DNA of 56,076 nt from Chiloscyllium plagiosum (taxonomy: Eukaryota): positions 8,579,604 to 8,635,679 of the forward strand of contig NC_057719.1 of NCBI RefSeq assembly GCF_004010195.1, written 5' to 3'. Each line of letters starts with the position of its first letter. Position 1 is the stretch's first letter. Below, in pieces: positions 24,151 through 36,470 of this stretch. A program made the position numbers and the translations under genes. A model generated the notes under the pieces. It had not been told where the DNA came from and searched no databases. It saw nothing but the letters and a program-made list of their open reading frames with translations.

Positions 24151-25065
24151 AAAATCCTATTGTAAGGACAGGAAGATGGGCAGAGTTAGTCATAAATGAA
24201 ATTAAATCAATAGCAAGAAGCGATATAGAGTCGGAAGACAGTGAATCAGTGTGGGTAGAGTTGAGGAACCTGAACGGGGAGTTATGTGCCAGGAGTAGTC
24301 AGGATGTGGGGCAGAACATAAATCAGGAGATAGAAAAGGCGTGTCAGAAAAGCACTATTACAGTCGTGTTGACGGACTTCAACATGCAGGTGGACTGAGG
24401 AAATTACTGGCGGACTCCAAGAAAAGGACTTTGTGGAATGTCTACGATATTCTTGATTTGGTGATGTATCACGAGGCAGACTTGATCTGGGAGCTACTGG
24501 TGATAGAACCCCTGGGGGCAATAACCATAATATGTTACAATTCACACTGCAGTTTGAGAGGGAGAAGTGAGAATCAGATGCAACAGAATTATAAGTGAGC
24601 AAAGGTAACCACAGAGACATGAAGGAGGAGCTGATCAGAGCTGTTGGAGGGGGGAGCCGAGCAGGGAAGACTGAGCAGGAGTTTTCCAGACTAATTCAGG
24701 AGGCACAACAGAAATTCGTCCCACGTTTGATGTGAATTTGACTTTTTCAAACTGAGAATGTTTGGAAGGTTCAGTTTGAGTATAGGTATGGAACTCTGAA
24801 CCTTGATGGAGACTAAAGGATGAGGGGGAATCTGATTGAAACTTACAGAATATAAGGGGCCTGGATGGAATGGACATGGAGAAACTAGGACCTCAGGGCA
24901 CAGCCTCAGAGTGAAGGGACAACCCATTAGAACTGAGATGAGGTGGAATTTCTTCAGCCAGAGGGTGATAATCAAGAGCTAGATAGGCTCTTGATTATTC
25001 AGGGGATGAAGGGTTACTGGGAGAAGGTAGGAAGTGTAATTGAGAAACTTATCAGTCATGATCAA
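24150..25065 (+). mobile_element. Old CR1 ORF2 fragments (endonuclease part and 3' end)
   Basis: ESVWVELRN...VVLTDFN; ggaatctgattgaaacttac...ttcttcagccagaggg. Confidence 0.75.
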
Positions 25066-25764
25066 ATCATTTACCAAGATTGCCAGGAAGCTTTTCCACT
25101 TCACCGTCTTCCTGAGAAACAATCTTTTGTTTGAAGTTGTGCATGGATGGCTCGGTGAGGCAAAATTGAGTTTCTAATGGAGAAGAAGTGACATTGACCT
25201 AAATTAGACTGGACACTTTACACCCCTGAGCTTGAAGGTTAGAATGGCCATTGGAATAGAGGAAGTGAAAGACTAAGCAGAGTCACTGGAGGACAAAGGA
25301 CGTTCTGCTCAATCAACCACTGTTAAGCAAATATTAGTTGCCATATGGTTCACTACTCTTCGCTGACTAACTCCCGCCCTCCTCACCAACATTAATCTTC
25401 ACAAAGGCTGCAAGAGAATACCTTTAGGGTACTGCTGACCTATAGCTTAAGTCACATTGGTAAGAGCACCAACTACTTCATGTCTGTGTGGCCATTTACA
25501 CTGAAAGAAGATGTGGAACTCGCGCAGTTTAAAGTTGATGAAAATTGAGTTTCAGCTCCTCGATACTTAGTGTTAACCATTAGGGTTCAACTTACAGATT
25601 AAGGTATAGAGCACTGGGGTTGGAATGTAATTCAATAATGCACAGAGAAAATGCTGAAGAAACTCAGTAGATCTGTGAGGAAAGAGAAAGAGAATTAGTC
25701 CTATGGGTCTGGTAAGACTCTTTTTCAGCAGATTCTTCATTTGTTAGTAAAGAGGTATAGCACA

Positions 25765-26995
25765 TAATTCGGAAAGTTAATCATGTTTATTGTGAGAAGA
25801 CTTGAAAATGAAAGTTTGAAGGACAGTGAGATGAGGAGAAACTTCTTTACTCAGAGAGTTGTTGGGATTTGGAATGTGCCACATGGGAGAGTAGGTGAGG
25901 TGGATTCCATAGAGGTTTCTCCTCATCTCACTCTCCTTCAAACTTTTGTTTCAATTCTCCTTGCAATAAAAGTGGATTAGAATTGGCGCCCATTGTGGAA
26001 AGGAGTCCTTTCCATTAGCTTCCTGAATCACTTGCTGTACCTGTATACAAACGTCTTTGGGGATTCATGAGTTAGGACACCCAGATCCCTCTGCATCTCA
26101 GAGCTCTGTCATCTCTCACCATTTAGGTAATGTGCTTCCTTTTTTCTTACTTTTCCTTCCAAAATGAACAATACATTATACTCCATTTGCTACACCTGTC
26201 AACTCACTGAGAGTTATCGAGATGTATGGACACAAAAACAGACCCCTCAGTCTAACTCGTCCATGCCAGCAGATATTCCAAATTAATCTAGTTTCATTTG
26301 CCAGCATTTTGCCCATATACCTCTCAACCTTTCCTGTTCATATACCCATCCAGAGTCCTTTTAAATGTTGCAATTGTACCAACCTCCCCCACTTCCTCTG
26401 GCACCTCATTGCACACACGCACCATCCTCTGCGTAAAAATGCTGCCCCTTATTCCCTTTTAAATCTTTCCCCTCTCACCTTAAAACTATGCCTCTAGTTT
26501 TGGACTCCCTTACCCTGGGAACAAGACCTTGTCTATCCACCCTATCCATTCCCCTCATGATTTTATAAACTTCTACAAGGTCCCCCCTCAGCCTCTGATG
26601 CTTCCGGAAACATTGCACCAGCCTACTCAGACTCCCCCTATGTCTGTATCCCTTTGCAGCCTCCCTATGTCAATTTCCTTCCTAACTTTGTGCCATCAGC
26701 CCCATTCCCACCACTTATTACGCCTTGCTAACCTGAAAGTGCCCCCCCACCCCATGAATCTGTTTCCTGCTGGTCAGCTAATCTCCTATTGAAGCAAATG
26801 TGTCACACCCTACACCATGAGTCTGAATTTTTCACGCTAACCTTTGATGTGACATTTATCAAATGCCTTCTGCAAAGCAATTCCAGTACATCACCAGTTC
26901 CCCTTCATCCACAGCCTATGTTATTTCTTCAAACAAATCCAATAAATTGGTCTACTATCATTTCCATTTCACAACAGCATGTTGACCCTTCCTGA
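25765..26995. mobile_element. Cluster of CR1/HER1 fragments in mixed orientation (HER1 3' end at 26215-26600, -)
   Basis: MRRNFFTQRVVGIWN (+); cccctcatgattttataaac (-). Confidence 0.75.
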
Positions 26996-27409
26996 CTACC
27001 GTGATTTTTTTTTCTCTAAGTGCCTAATAATAGCTTCTTATCTCTTCCCTATGACAGATGCTCGATTAACCGGCCTGTTGTTTTAAGATCATTAATTGAC
27101 CATTTCAGGGTATCTACTGAAGCCAGGCTATGCCTTGCCTGTCCCATTGTAAAAGTTCAGTCAAGTCAGCGTGGGGAGGGCATCTGGGGAACTGAATGTC
27201 AGGTTCTCACCCAGAACCTGCCACCTGCAAACTCGCTGGTGGGAGTGCAAAACCTGACCTGTGTTTAAAGCACAGGAGCCTGGGACTACTCGGGTCATTT
27301 TCTACTGCCATCCCCTGCTGTCAGCTATTCTGATGAGGATCCAAGGGAGTTACTGCCTGTGCTGTGGACACACCGATCACTCAGTCAACCGCACAGAAAG
27401 GAGAGTTGA

Positions 27410-27625
27410 TAAAGCGAGCTGATAAAAGAGAGTTTGGTGCTGGAAAAGGCACAGCAGATCAGACAGTCGATGTATCTTGCTCCTTGGATGCTGCCTGACC
27501 TGCTGTGCCTTTTCCAGCGCCACACTCCTTCAACTCTGATTTCTCCAGAATCTGCAGTCCCCATTGCCTCCGAGTTGCTGCAAACCATACTGCCAAGCAT
27601 CTTCCTAGGATGCCCACCTTGAAGA
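27410..27625 (+). mobile_element. PLE terminal fold-back remnant
   Basis: Inverted arms gctggaaaaggcacagcag / ctgctgtgcctttccagc-like; tail atctgcagtcc. Confidence 0.7.
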
Positions 27626-29209
27626 AGTGCACAGGAATTGTGGTTGTCATCATAGTGCTGCCTGTGGGTGTTTGGTGCAGGTAAGTCGGTATCTCACTAT
27701 CTCTCAACAGTAACCAAGCTTCCCAAATGCATCATTACTGAGTGCATCAGCACCCTCGCCCTCCCCTTCATATAAAGCACCTCGGGATGACCTGGAGTTG
27801 CTAAAGGTGTTACGTAAATGCAAACCTTTTCTTCTCTCACTGGTCATCGTGCACGACTACCAATTCACACAAGCATAAACATGCCTTTTCCATACAGTAC
27901 TGACTGCCTCACCTGCTGGCTCTGTGTTGCAATTTTTCTCACATTCCACAAGCTAAGAGGTTATCTTGTCGATGTTCTTAGCACTTTTATTTCTGAATCT
28001 GTGGTATGCGTCCACTGCTCCTCGCTTTACAGCCACCAGTTGCTGAAATCTTGGCTGCCATTAACCTGATTATATTGTCCAGGTGTAAGGGAAATTAAGT
28101 GAAATACATCCTGTAGGAAGCCACATGATATGATTTGCTGTCATTTCATATTAATTCACTTACAAATGAACATTGACATTCATGGATCAGCACATCAGAG
28201 CTGCCTGAAAGCATTAGCAGAGGTATGAGCCCCAAAAGACTCTAATTTTCTGTGGCACCTGAAACTTCTCTCAAATGGGGCAATTTCAAATTGAGTCACA
28301 AATGGAAAAGCATCTCCAGTATCACTCGGGTCAATTGTCACTCTGTATTCGATGCTGAAAGCGCAGCAATTGTCTCTGTTTTAAAACTAGACACAGAAGC
28401 ATCCCAAAGCAAGCGGGTCATCTCCACAATCTTCGGACTGATTACCATGAATTAAATCAAAACGTTGGGGTCAGAGAAAGGGAAAGAAAATGACCTTGAG
28501 TTACAAATGTTCAGAGACAGGCACACACAGAGAATAGATTGAGATTTTATTGTTATGTGTATTCAAATACAGAAGTACAGGGGCACAGTGGAAGGTGTGT
28601 AATGTCACTACACATGGCATTATCTTAGGTACAATGGTACCTAAGTACAAAAAGCTCAGGTACAAAGTAGTAAAAGAAACAAAGTTTAAGTAGTTCTATT
28701 GCCTGAATTGAATTGAATTTATTGTCACGTGTACCGAAACAGAGTGAAAAGAATACTTGGAAAAATAAAGTAAAGTAATAGTTAACATTAAAGTCCTCGT
28801 AACATAAACTAGAAAACTAAAGGAATAAGGTTCTGGAAAAAACTTAACAGGTGTGGCAACATCTGCAGAGAGAGAAAAACAGGGTCTGGTCTAAGTCCTC
28901 TACAAAATCCTCTGAAGTTCTGAAGAAGTTGTCCTGGACTCAGAACCTGAACTCTGTTTTTCTCTCTCTGCCGATGCTGACAGACCTGCTGAATTTTTTC
29001 AGCACACTCAGTGCAAGTTTCAGATTTCCAGCATCATGGGCACTTCACTTTTGTTTGAGAGGTAGGAGCAGGTTTGAGGAGTAAGGTTCCAATCACCTTG
29101 TGATAGGTCAAGCTCCATCTAACTTACCTTTGCACTCTGTCATTCAACACCTTGTCTCTCCAGAAACACATGGAATTGTCCGTTTGAATTATTTGCATTG
29201 TCTGCTTCA

Positions 29210-29710
29210 GTGAAACTTGAAAGGGTTCAGAAAAGATTTACTGTACAAGGATGTTGTCAGGATTGCAGGGTTTGAGCTATAGGGAGAGGCTGAATAGGCT
29301 GGGGCTGTTTTCCTTGGAGTGTCGGAGGCTGAAGGGTGACCTTATAGAGATTTATAAAATCAGGAGGGGCACGGATAGGGTAAATAGACAAGGTCTTTTT
29401 CCCTGGGTTGGGGGAGTCCAGAACTAGAGGGCATACATTTAGGGTGAGATGGAGAAGATTTAACAGGGACCTAAGGGGCAACCTTTTCAAGCAGAGGGTG
29501 GTGTGTGTATGGAATGAGCTGCCAGAGGAAGTGATGGAGATTGGTACAATTACAACATTTAAAAGAAATCTGGATGGATGTATGAATAGGAAAGGTTGAG
29601 AGGGATGTGGGCCAAATGCTGGCAAATGCGACTAGATTAATTTAGGGTCGCTGGTAGGCATGGATGAGTTGGACTGAGGAGTCTGTTTCTGTGCTGTATA
29701 TCTCTATGAC
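29210..29710 (+). mobile_element. HER1/CR1 3' end
   Basis: ESRTRGHTFRV...WNELPEEV...FKRNLDG. Confidence 0.9.
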
Positions 29711-30207
29711 CTTCCCTGGTACCAAGTTAGCTGCAATTCCATTATTATTTGCTTTAAAAAGAATTCCACTTGTCTTCTTTTCCTGTTCCTAACTGTCTCA
29801 TTATTAATTTGGACCTTGTTGGCACTTGAAGGATTTGCTTTCTCGAGCAATGACCACATGGTGCAACAGGGGTAGCACCGCAGCAGCTGGTGAGGCAGCA
29901 ATGCAACAGGAAAGGTTGCAACTGCAGCAGGAATAGGGCCACTGCTACAGCTACCATGTTCACTGCAGCCGTACAACAGCTAAGACCTGAACGTAACACC
30001 TACAACAACACTGCGATAGCTACTTAACCTGTGGTATTTCTGGGATACCCTCCTGGTATGTCCCCTCAGCTGGCAACTCAGTGCACCAGACAGAGCTACC
30101 CTGGTCCCAATGGGCTTGACGTGCTGCATGTCCACCTTCTTACAATTATTGGACCACTGCAGCAGATCTATTTCTCACCGCACTGAGACCATCGCTGCAG
30201 CAGGTTA

Positions 30208-31322
30208 CTGTGCCAACTGCAGCAGCAGGTGCACAATGCAGCATTGTATAGTGCCAACTGCAGCAGTAGGTGCACAATGCAGCATGTATAGTGCCAACTG
30301 CAGCAGTAGGTGTACCAATGCAGCATTGTATAGTGCCAACTGCAGCAGTAGGTGCATAATGCAGCATTGTATAGTGCCAACTGCAGCAGTGAGAGCACAA
30401 TGCACCACTGTATAGTACTGTCTAGATCAGAGTGGTGCTGGAAAAGCACAGCAGGTCAGGCAGCATTCGAGGAGCAGGAAAATCGATGTTTCAGGCAAAA
30501 GCCCTTCATCAGGAGGCCTGCAGAGTGGAGAGATAAATGAGAGGGGCTGGAGGATAGGGGGAAGTAGCATAGAGTACAATAGGTGAATGGTGTGGGAATG
30601 GAGGTGATAGGTCAGAGAGGAGGGTGGGGGAAGGTAGCACAGGTTGAAGTGTTCTGAGGCGGAAGATGAGGCGTTCTTCCTCCAGGCATCGGGTGGTGAG
30701 GGAGCGGCGGTAGAGGAGGCCCAGGACTTGCATGTCCTTGGCAGAGTGGGAGGGGGAGTTGAAATGTTGGGCATCTAGTCCAGCATCTGCAGTCCTTGTT
30801 TTTACCCACTGTATAGTACTCACTCCAGCAGTTAGAGCATCAATGCAGCATTGTATAGTGCTCATTACAGCAGTAGGAGCAACAATGCAGCACTGCATAG
30901 TGCTCACTACAGCAGTAGGAACACCAATGCAGAACTGTATCATGCTCATTTAGCAGTTAGAGCACTAATGCAGCATTGTATAGTGCTCACTACAGTTAGA
31001 GCAACAATGCAGCACAATACAATGCTCACTGCAACAGTCAGAGCACCAATGCAGCACAATACAGTGCTCACTGTAGCAGTTAGAGCAACAATGCAGCACA
31101 ATACAGTGCTCTCTGTAGCAGTCAGAGCACCAATGCAGCACAATACAGTGCTCACTGTAGCAGTTAGAGCAAAAATGCAGCAAAAGATTATGTTCAGTGC
31201 AGCAGTTATAGCACAGATGCAACGTGATATAGTGCTCACTACTAAATTGCTCACTACCAATGCAGCAAGAGACCTCATCACACCAATAATAGCACTAATG
31301 CAGCATATTTAGTGCTCACTCT
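30208..31322. repeat. 40-42-bp minisatellite, about 17 units, split by a PLE insertion
   Basis: Units gtgccaactgcagcagtaggtgcacaatgcagcattgtata (left) and gtgctcactgtagcagttagagcaacaatgcagcacaataca (right). Confidence 0.9.
30420..30805 (-). mobile_element. PLE 3' fragment with inversion and hammerhead (30485-30512)
   Basis: QHFNSPSHSAKDMQVLGLL...LEEERLIFRL (-); CUGAUGA-A-GGGC(UUUU)GCCU-GAAA-C-AUC; 15-bp TSD ccactgtatagtact. Confidence 0.88.
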
Positions 31323-31349
31323 ATCAGCTATTCCTCAACAATTGGGGAG

Positions 31350-33240
31350 CGCAGTACATCAGAGCAAACATCTGCAGCCAGAAGTGCTGAGTGAATGAAC
31401 CCTCTCAGGTTTCCCCTGAGGTCCCCAGCATCACTGATGTCCGTCATTAACTAATTTGATTCATTCCCCATGATATAAAGAAACAGTTGAATACTCTGCA
31501 CACTGCAAAAGCAATGGGCCTTGACAGCATTGCTGCAACAGGACTGTAGTCTTGTGCTCCAGAACTTATCACAGTCCCCAGTCAAGCCATTCCTGTACAG
31601 ACACAATCCTGGCACCCGCCTGGCAATATTGGAAACTGCCTGTGTAAGTCTTGCCCACAACCAAGCAGGACATATCCAACCCTGCCAGTTAATACCTCAT
31701 CAGTTTACTGGTGGTTCTGCTATAATGGGACAGTCGTGTTGCTCTGCACCTTGTACTATAGAAAATCACGTTATGGAAAACTGCTAAAGAAAACTGTGCT
31801 ATGGAAAACTGCTATAGAAAATTGCTACACCCGTCCAGTAGAAAGTTTGCGTTATCCAAACAACACCCACAATTCGTCCATCGCGTTATAGCCAATTCAC
31901 ATTGACAAAATGCCTGTTTTGGCAGAATGACCTGTACTCTCGATGCATCAACAGTGCTATCAGGCAGAACTCACTTTGCAATGTGGTGCTCAGTTTGGGT
32001 TCTGCCAGGGTCACTCACCTCTTGACCTCATTACAGCCTTGGTTGAAACATGGACAAAAAGAGTTATACTCAAGAGGGAAAGTGAGAGTGACTGCCTGTG
32101 ACACCAAAGCAGCATTTGACTAGGGGTGACATTTTAGAGCCCTGGCAAAGCTTGAGTCAAACAATGAGTATCAGAGGCTAAACACTCTGCTGGACAGAGT
32201 CATACCTGGCACATAGCAAAATGGTTATGGTTTTGGAGGTCATCTCAGCTCCAGGAACATCTCTGCATGAGTTCCTCAGGGTCATGTCCCAGGCCCAACC
32301 ATCTTTGGCTGCTTTGTCCAATGACCTTCCCTCCATCATAAGGTCAGAAGTGAGGATGTTCACCGATGATTGCACAATGTTCAGCGCCATTTGCGACTCC
32401 TCAGATACTGAAACAGTCCATGTTCAAATGCAACAAGACCTAGACATACTCAAACTTGGGCTGATGAAGTGGCCAATAGCACTCACACTACACCAAGTGA
32501 CCATCTCCAACAAGACAGAACCTAATCATCATTCTTCAACATTCAATTGCATCATCATGACTGATCTCCCCACAATCAATATACCTAGGGATTATTATTG
32601 ACCAGAACCGAACTGTAATTGTCATATAAATTCAATAGCGGCTTCAACAGCAGGTCAGAAGGTAGAATTCTGTGGCAAGGAACTTAGCACCTGACTCCGC
32701 CAAGCCTGACCACCATCTATATGGCACAAATCAGGAGTGTGATGGAATACTCCCCACTTGCCTGGAAGGGTGCAGTTCTTGGCTTGGGCTGAAAATTGGC
32801 AAGTAACATTCACGTCACACGAATGTCAGGCAATGACCATCTTTAATAAGAGGTCATCACTGAACCCTATCCCCACTGTCAGCATTCTGGGGGTTACCAT
32901 TGACCAGAAACTGAACTGGACGAGCCATATAATTACAGTGGCTACAAGAGCAGTTCAGAGAACAGGAAACTGCAGCAAATACTCATCTCTCCAAAACCTG
33001 TCCACAATCCACAACGCACAAGTCAGGTGTGTGATGGAATACTCCCCACTTGCCCTGGATAGGTGCAGCTCCAACAACACTCAAGAAGCTTGACACCATC
33101 CAGGACAAAGCAGCCCATTTGACTGGCACTACATCTAACACCTCTACCTTTCACTCTCACCATATAATGTATCGTGGCATTAGTCTGATGGATGGAAATA
33201 ACTCACCAAGATTCCTCAGATAATCCCTTCCAGACCCGTG
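31350..33240 (+). mobile_element. Family-B (L2/Crack-like) LINE RT region, decayed, with internal duplication
   Basis: DTKAAFD, NDLPSIIRSEVRMFTDDCTMF, ILGVTIDQKLNWTSHI, VRCVMEYSPLA; about 32450-32765 repeats at about 32780-33058. Confidence 0.85.
31708..31934. mobile_element. Tc1/mariner (pogo/Tigger-like) MITE
   Basis: TA at 31706-31707 and 31935-31936; imperfect TIRs CTGGTGGTTCTGCTATAA vs rc CAGGTCATTCTGCCAAAA (13/18); host LINE rejoins across it. Confidence 0.7.
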
Positions 33241-33701
33241 CTTTGAACGTCCATGTGAATGAGGTAAACATTGTCATTTCAGTTCAGTAAATATCGTGCT
33301 CCCTGTAGCGCTATTCCTTTTCTGTGAACAGCCTTTGGAAATCCAAAGGAACTTCTAATTGCCGCCTCACATTTGGATGAAAATTGTTACCCCCCAGCTG
33401 GTTATCAGGCCAGTTCTGAAGAAAAATCATTGAACTGAAAAGATAACGCTTTTTTCTCTCTCCACAGATGCTCCCTGCCTCACAAAATGTTCCCAGTGTT
33501 TTCCAACTTCAGCCTTTAGGGTTGATTCTGTTATTCTTATTTATGCCTCCTCTTTTCTTTCTTCACTTACCTCACTACCATCCTCTTTTTCTCCTATCTA
33601 TTTTTTGCGATTTAATCTTTACAGTCTTCTACCGTCTGACAGTCCTGCCCTTTGGTTCTGTCTCTCACTGGCCCCCTCTCTCACAAGAATGTAATACCAC
33701 A

Positions 33702-33954
33702 TGGGCAACATGGTGGCTCACAGAGCCAGGGACCCAGGTTCGATTCTAACCTCAGGTGACTGTGTGGAGTTTGCAAATTCTCTGTGTCTGCGTGGGCTTC
33801 CTCCGGGTTCTCTGGTTCCCTCCCACAATCCACTGGGGAAAGTGCCCAGGAATGGGTGGATAAGCCTTGAGGGATTGGATGGGATGCTCTTCAGAGGGTT
33901 GGTGTGGACTCAACGGGCCAAATGGCCTGTTTCCTCACTGGAGGGATTCTATGA
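33702..33954 (+). mobile_element. HE1-type SINE, decayed
   Basis: B box ggttcgattc, V-domain, tail. Confidence 0.8.
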
Positions 33955-34489
33955 TCGTGTGTGAAGTAGGATCAGGAGTAGACCATTGAGCCTGCTCTGC
34001 CATTCAATCCAATCACAATCCATCGTATGCCTCAACTCCATCGTCCTGTTCTGTGCCCGATACTCGGAATCCCCTGAGTCTGTCTCAGACTCAAATGTAC
34101 TCAGCGATTCAGTATCCCTCTGAGGTGGGAATCCCCAGGGATTCATCACCTCAGTGAGGTATAGGGGCGGTCAGGGCCTTTTGGTAGTGGCGAAATCTGG
34201 TGTGCCCGATGGAGAGTAGCAGCGGTGATGGTCAGTGGTGAAGATAGCTGGCAAACTCAGGCAGATCTTAGCCCAGCATGGGTGAGAGCCCAACTTGCAG
34301 CATCTACAGGATCCAGGGCTAAAGAAATGTTTGACATTTTCACCTTATTTTTTCTAATTTTCTGCTCAGAAAACTGCAGTGCTGAGCTGTAGAATTTATT
34401 TCTTTATTTTTCTCGTTCCGATAACTGAGATACCTAAGTACTTTGCACCTAAAATGGTACTATGTGTGGCAATACCATACTCTTGCAGG

Positions 34490-34850
34490 AGGTGATGGCC
34501 TAAGGGTCTTATTGCTGGTCTGTTAGGCCAGAGATCCCGGTAATGTTCTGGGGACGTGAGTTCAATTCAAACCCTGCCAGGACAAATGGTGGAATTTGAA
34601 TTCAATAAAAAAAAATCTCAAATTAAGAATTTAATGAAGACCATGAATCCATTGCTGATTGTTTGAAAACCCCATCTGGTTCATTAATGTCCTTGAGGGA
34701 AGGAAATCTGCCTTCCTTACTTGGACTGACCTACATGTGACTCCAGACCCACAGCACTGGGGTCGGCTCTTAACTGCCCTCTGGGTAATTAGGGATGGGT
34801 AATAAATGCTGCCTAGCCAGCGATGGCCTCATCCCATGAACAAATAAAGA
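34490..34850 (+). mobile_element. Family-B SINE
   Basis: Head tggcctaagg...gttcaattc; body catctggttcattaatgtcc; LINE-B-like tail. Confidence 0.8.
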
Positions 34851-34918
34851 GCAATGTACTTTTTTTTATCCCATGAGTGTGACAATAAATCCTAAAAACA
34901 AAACATTTCACTTCTACC

Positions 34919-34991
34919 GAGGCGGGAATTGAACCCGGGTCTCTGGCGCTGTGAGGCAGCAGTGCTAACCACTGTGCCACCGTGCCGCCCA
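34919..34991 (-). mobile_element. Tailless HE1 head (tRNA-like part only)
   Basis: Reverse complement tgggcggcacggtggcacagtggttagc...gggttcaattcccgcctc, between perfect 49-bp direct repeats. Confidence 0.9.
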
Positions 34992-35821
34992 CCCATGAGT
35001 GTGACAATAAATCCTAAAAACAAAACATTTCACTTCTACCCCTGAGGCTGTGCACCACAAGCACCTCTCAACTCCATTCCAGAATCCCAGTCAGAGGAAA
35101 GACCTCTCGGGGTCATCAGTTTGGATCCCCGCCTGATCTATCTCTGCCTCTCAACAGCAAATGGATTCATTCTTTCCAGCTCACGGACTCCAAACATTTC
35201 CCTCTCTGCAAACTGCTGCCAGGTCCTCTGCGCTTTTCTATTTTTTTTCATTTAGAGCAAGTCATCATTCTTGTTGTTCAGAAAGAAAGGGTCTTTATCA
35301 GCTAGTCTTTAATCATTGCCCTGCCACGATGCACAAGGTCACGGTGAATACCAATGACAAACACGTATTGATAGCAGCAACCATTCTCAGTGATTAGACC
35401 GCAGTATGTATTTTGGTTAAATGAATGGTTTATATCATTTAATGACATCTTTTCCCTCATCTGCTGCCTCATAGTCTACCTGACACAAGAATTAAGAGAT
35501 GTTTACGGACCCTGGGCAATAAAACAGAGGTCACAGAATACTCGGCATAATCAAATTATGTTTGCAATCCTTCAAAGTTCTGCGGCATTCAGAAATCATG
35601 AGAAGATTTTTATTCTCATATCTAGCTTTATACGAACGCCAGTGCAGAGCGAGCAGGTTAGCAGACTGCTTATACAAATGGAGATAATCAAAGGCTGCTT
35701 TCCCTCTGGTTGGAGAGTCTAGATTTTGGGAAAGGGAGATGGTTAGGGTTTTAGTCTTGTAATTGGGGTGTGACCACTTAGGGCTGAGATGAAGAGAGTT
35801 TTGTTCACTCCAACGATGGTA

Positions 35822-36128
35822 AATCATAGAAACCCTATGGTATAGAAGCAGGCCATTTGGTCGATTGAGTCCACACCACACCCTCCAAAGGGCATCCCAT
35901 GCAGACTCATCCACCACCCCTTTAAATGCAGCATACCCCATGGCCAATTCACCTGGCCTGCACATCTTTAGATTGTGGGAGGAAACCGGAGCACCCGGAG
36001 GAAACCCACACAGACACGGGGAGAATGCGCAAACTCCACACAGACAGTTGCCTGAGGTTGGAATTGAACGTGGGTTCCTGGTGTTGTGAGGCAGCAGTGC
36101 TAACCACTGTGCCACCGTGCGCTGCCCC
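35822..36128 (-). mobile_element. HE1-type SINE
   Basis: Reverse A/B boxes, V-domain. Confidence 0.9.
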
Positions 36129-36177
36129 TTTAGATTAAGAAAAGGTTGCATCTGGATTTAGAACAGAAAGAAAAAAA

Positions 36178-36470
36178 ATCCATTTGTGTAGCACCTCCCA
36201 TGACCTTAGGGCATCCAAAAACACTGTCCAGCGAAGGGCGTACACTTGAAGTACAGTCGTAATGCAGGAAGCGTGGCAACCAAATCTGTGCACAGAAAGA
36301 TCCCACAGGCAGCAATGTGACTGTCCGGACAATCCGGTTTGGTGATATTGGTCGAGGTTCACAGGCAGAGCACAAAAGGGCAATGTCCACATTCCTCTCC
36401 AAGATGTCGCCACGGGGTTTGTTTCTGTTTTAACACCGTGTCAGAGAGAATGGCGACACCCTTGACAGTG
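36178..36470 (-). mobile_element. DeuSINE/SacSINE1-like SINE
   Basis: catttgtgtagcacctcccatgacc...gtggcaaccaaatctgtgcacagaaagatcccac. Confidence 0.7.

Noticed and set aside
30110..31312. Cys/His-rich or repeat-protein ORFs
   Set aside because: Translations of a minisatellite, open in several frames on both strands, with non-triplet units on the left and a TE interruption
35531..36151. Recurrent VAQWLALLPHS..CGVCTFSPC peptides as a gene family
   Set aside because: Translations of HE1 SINE copies
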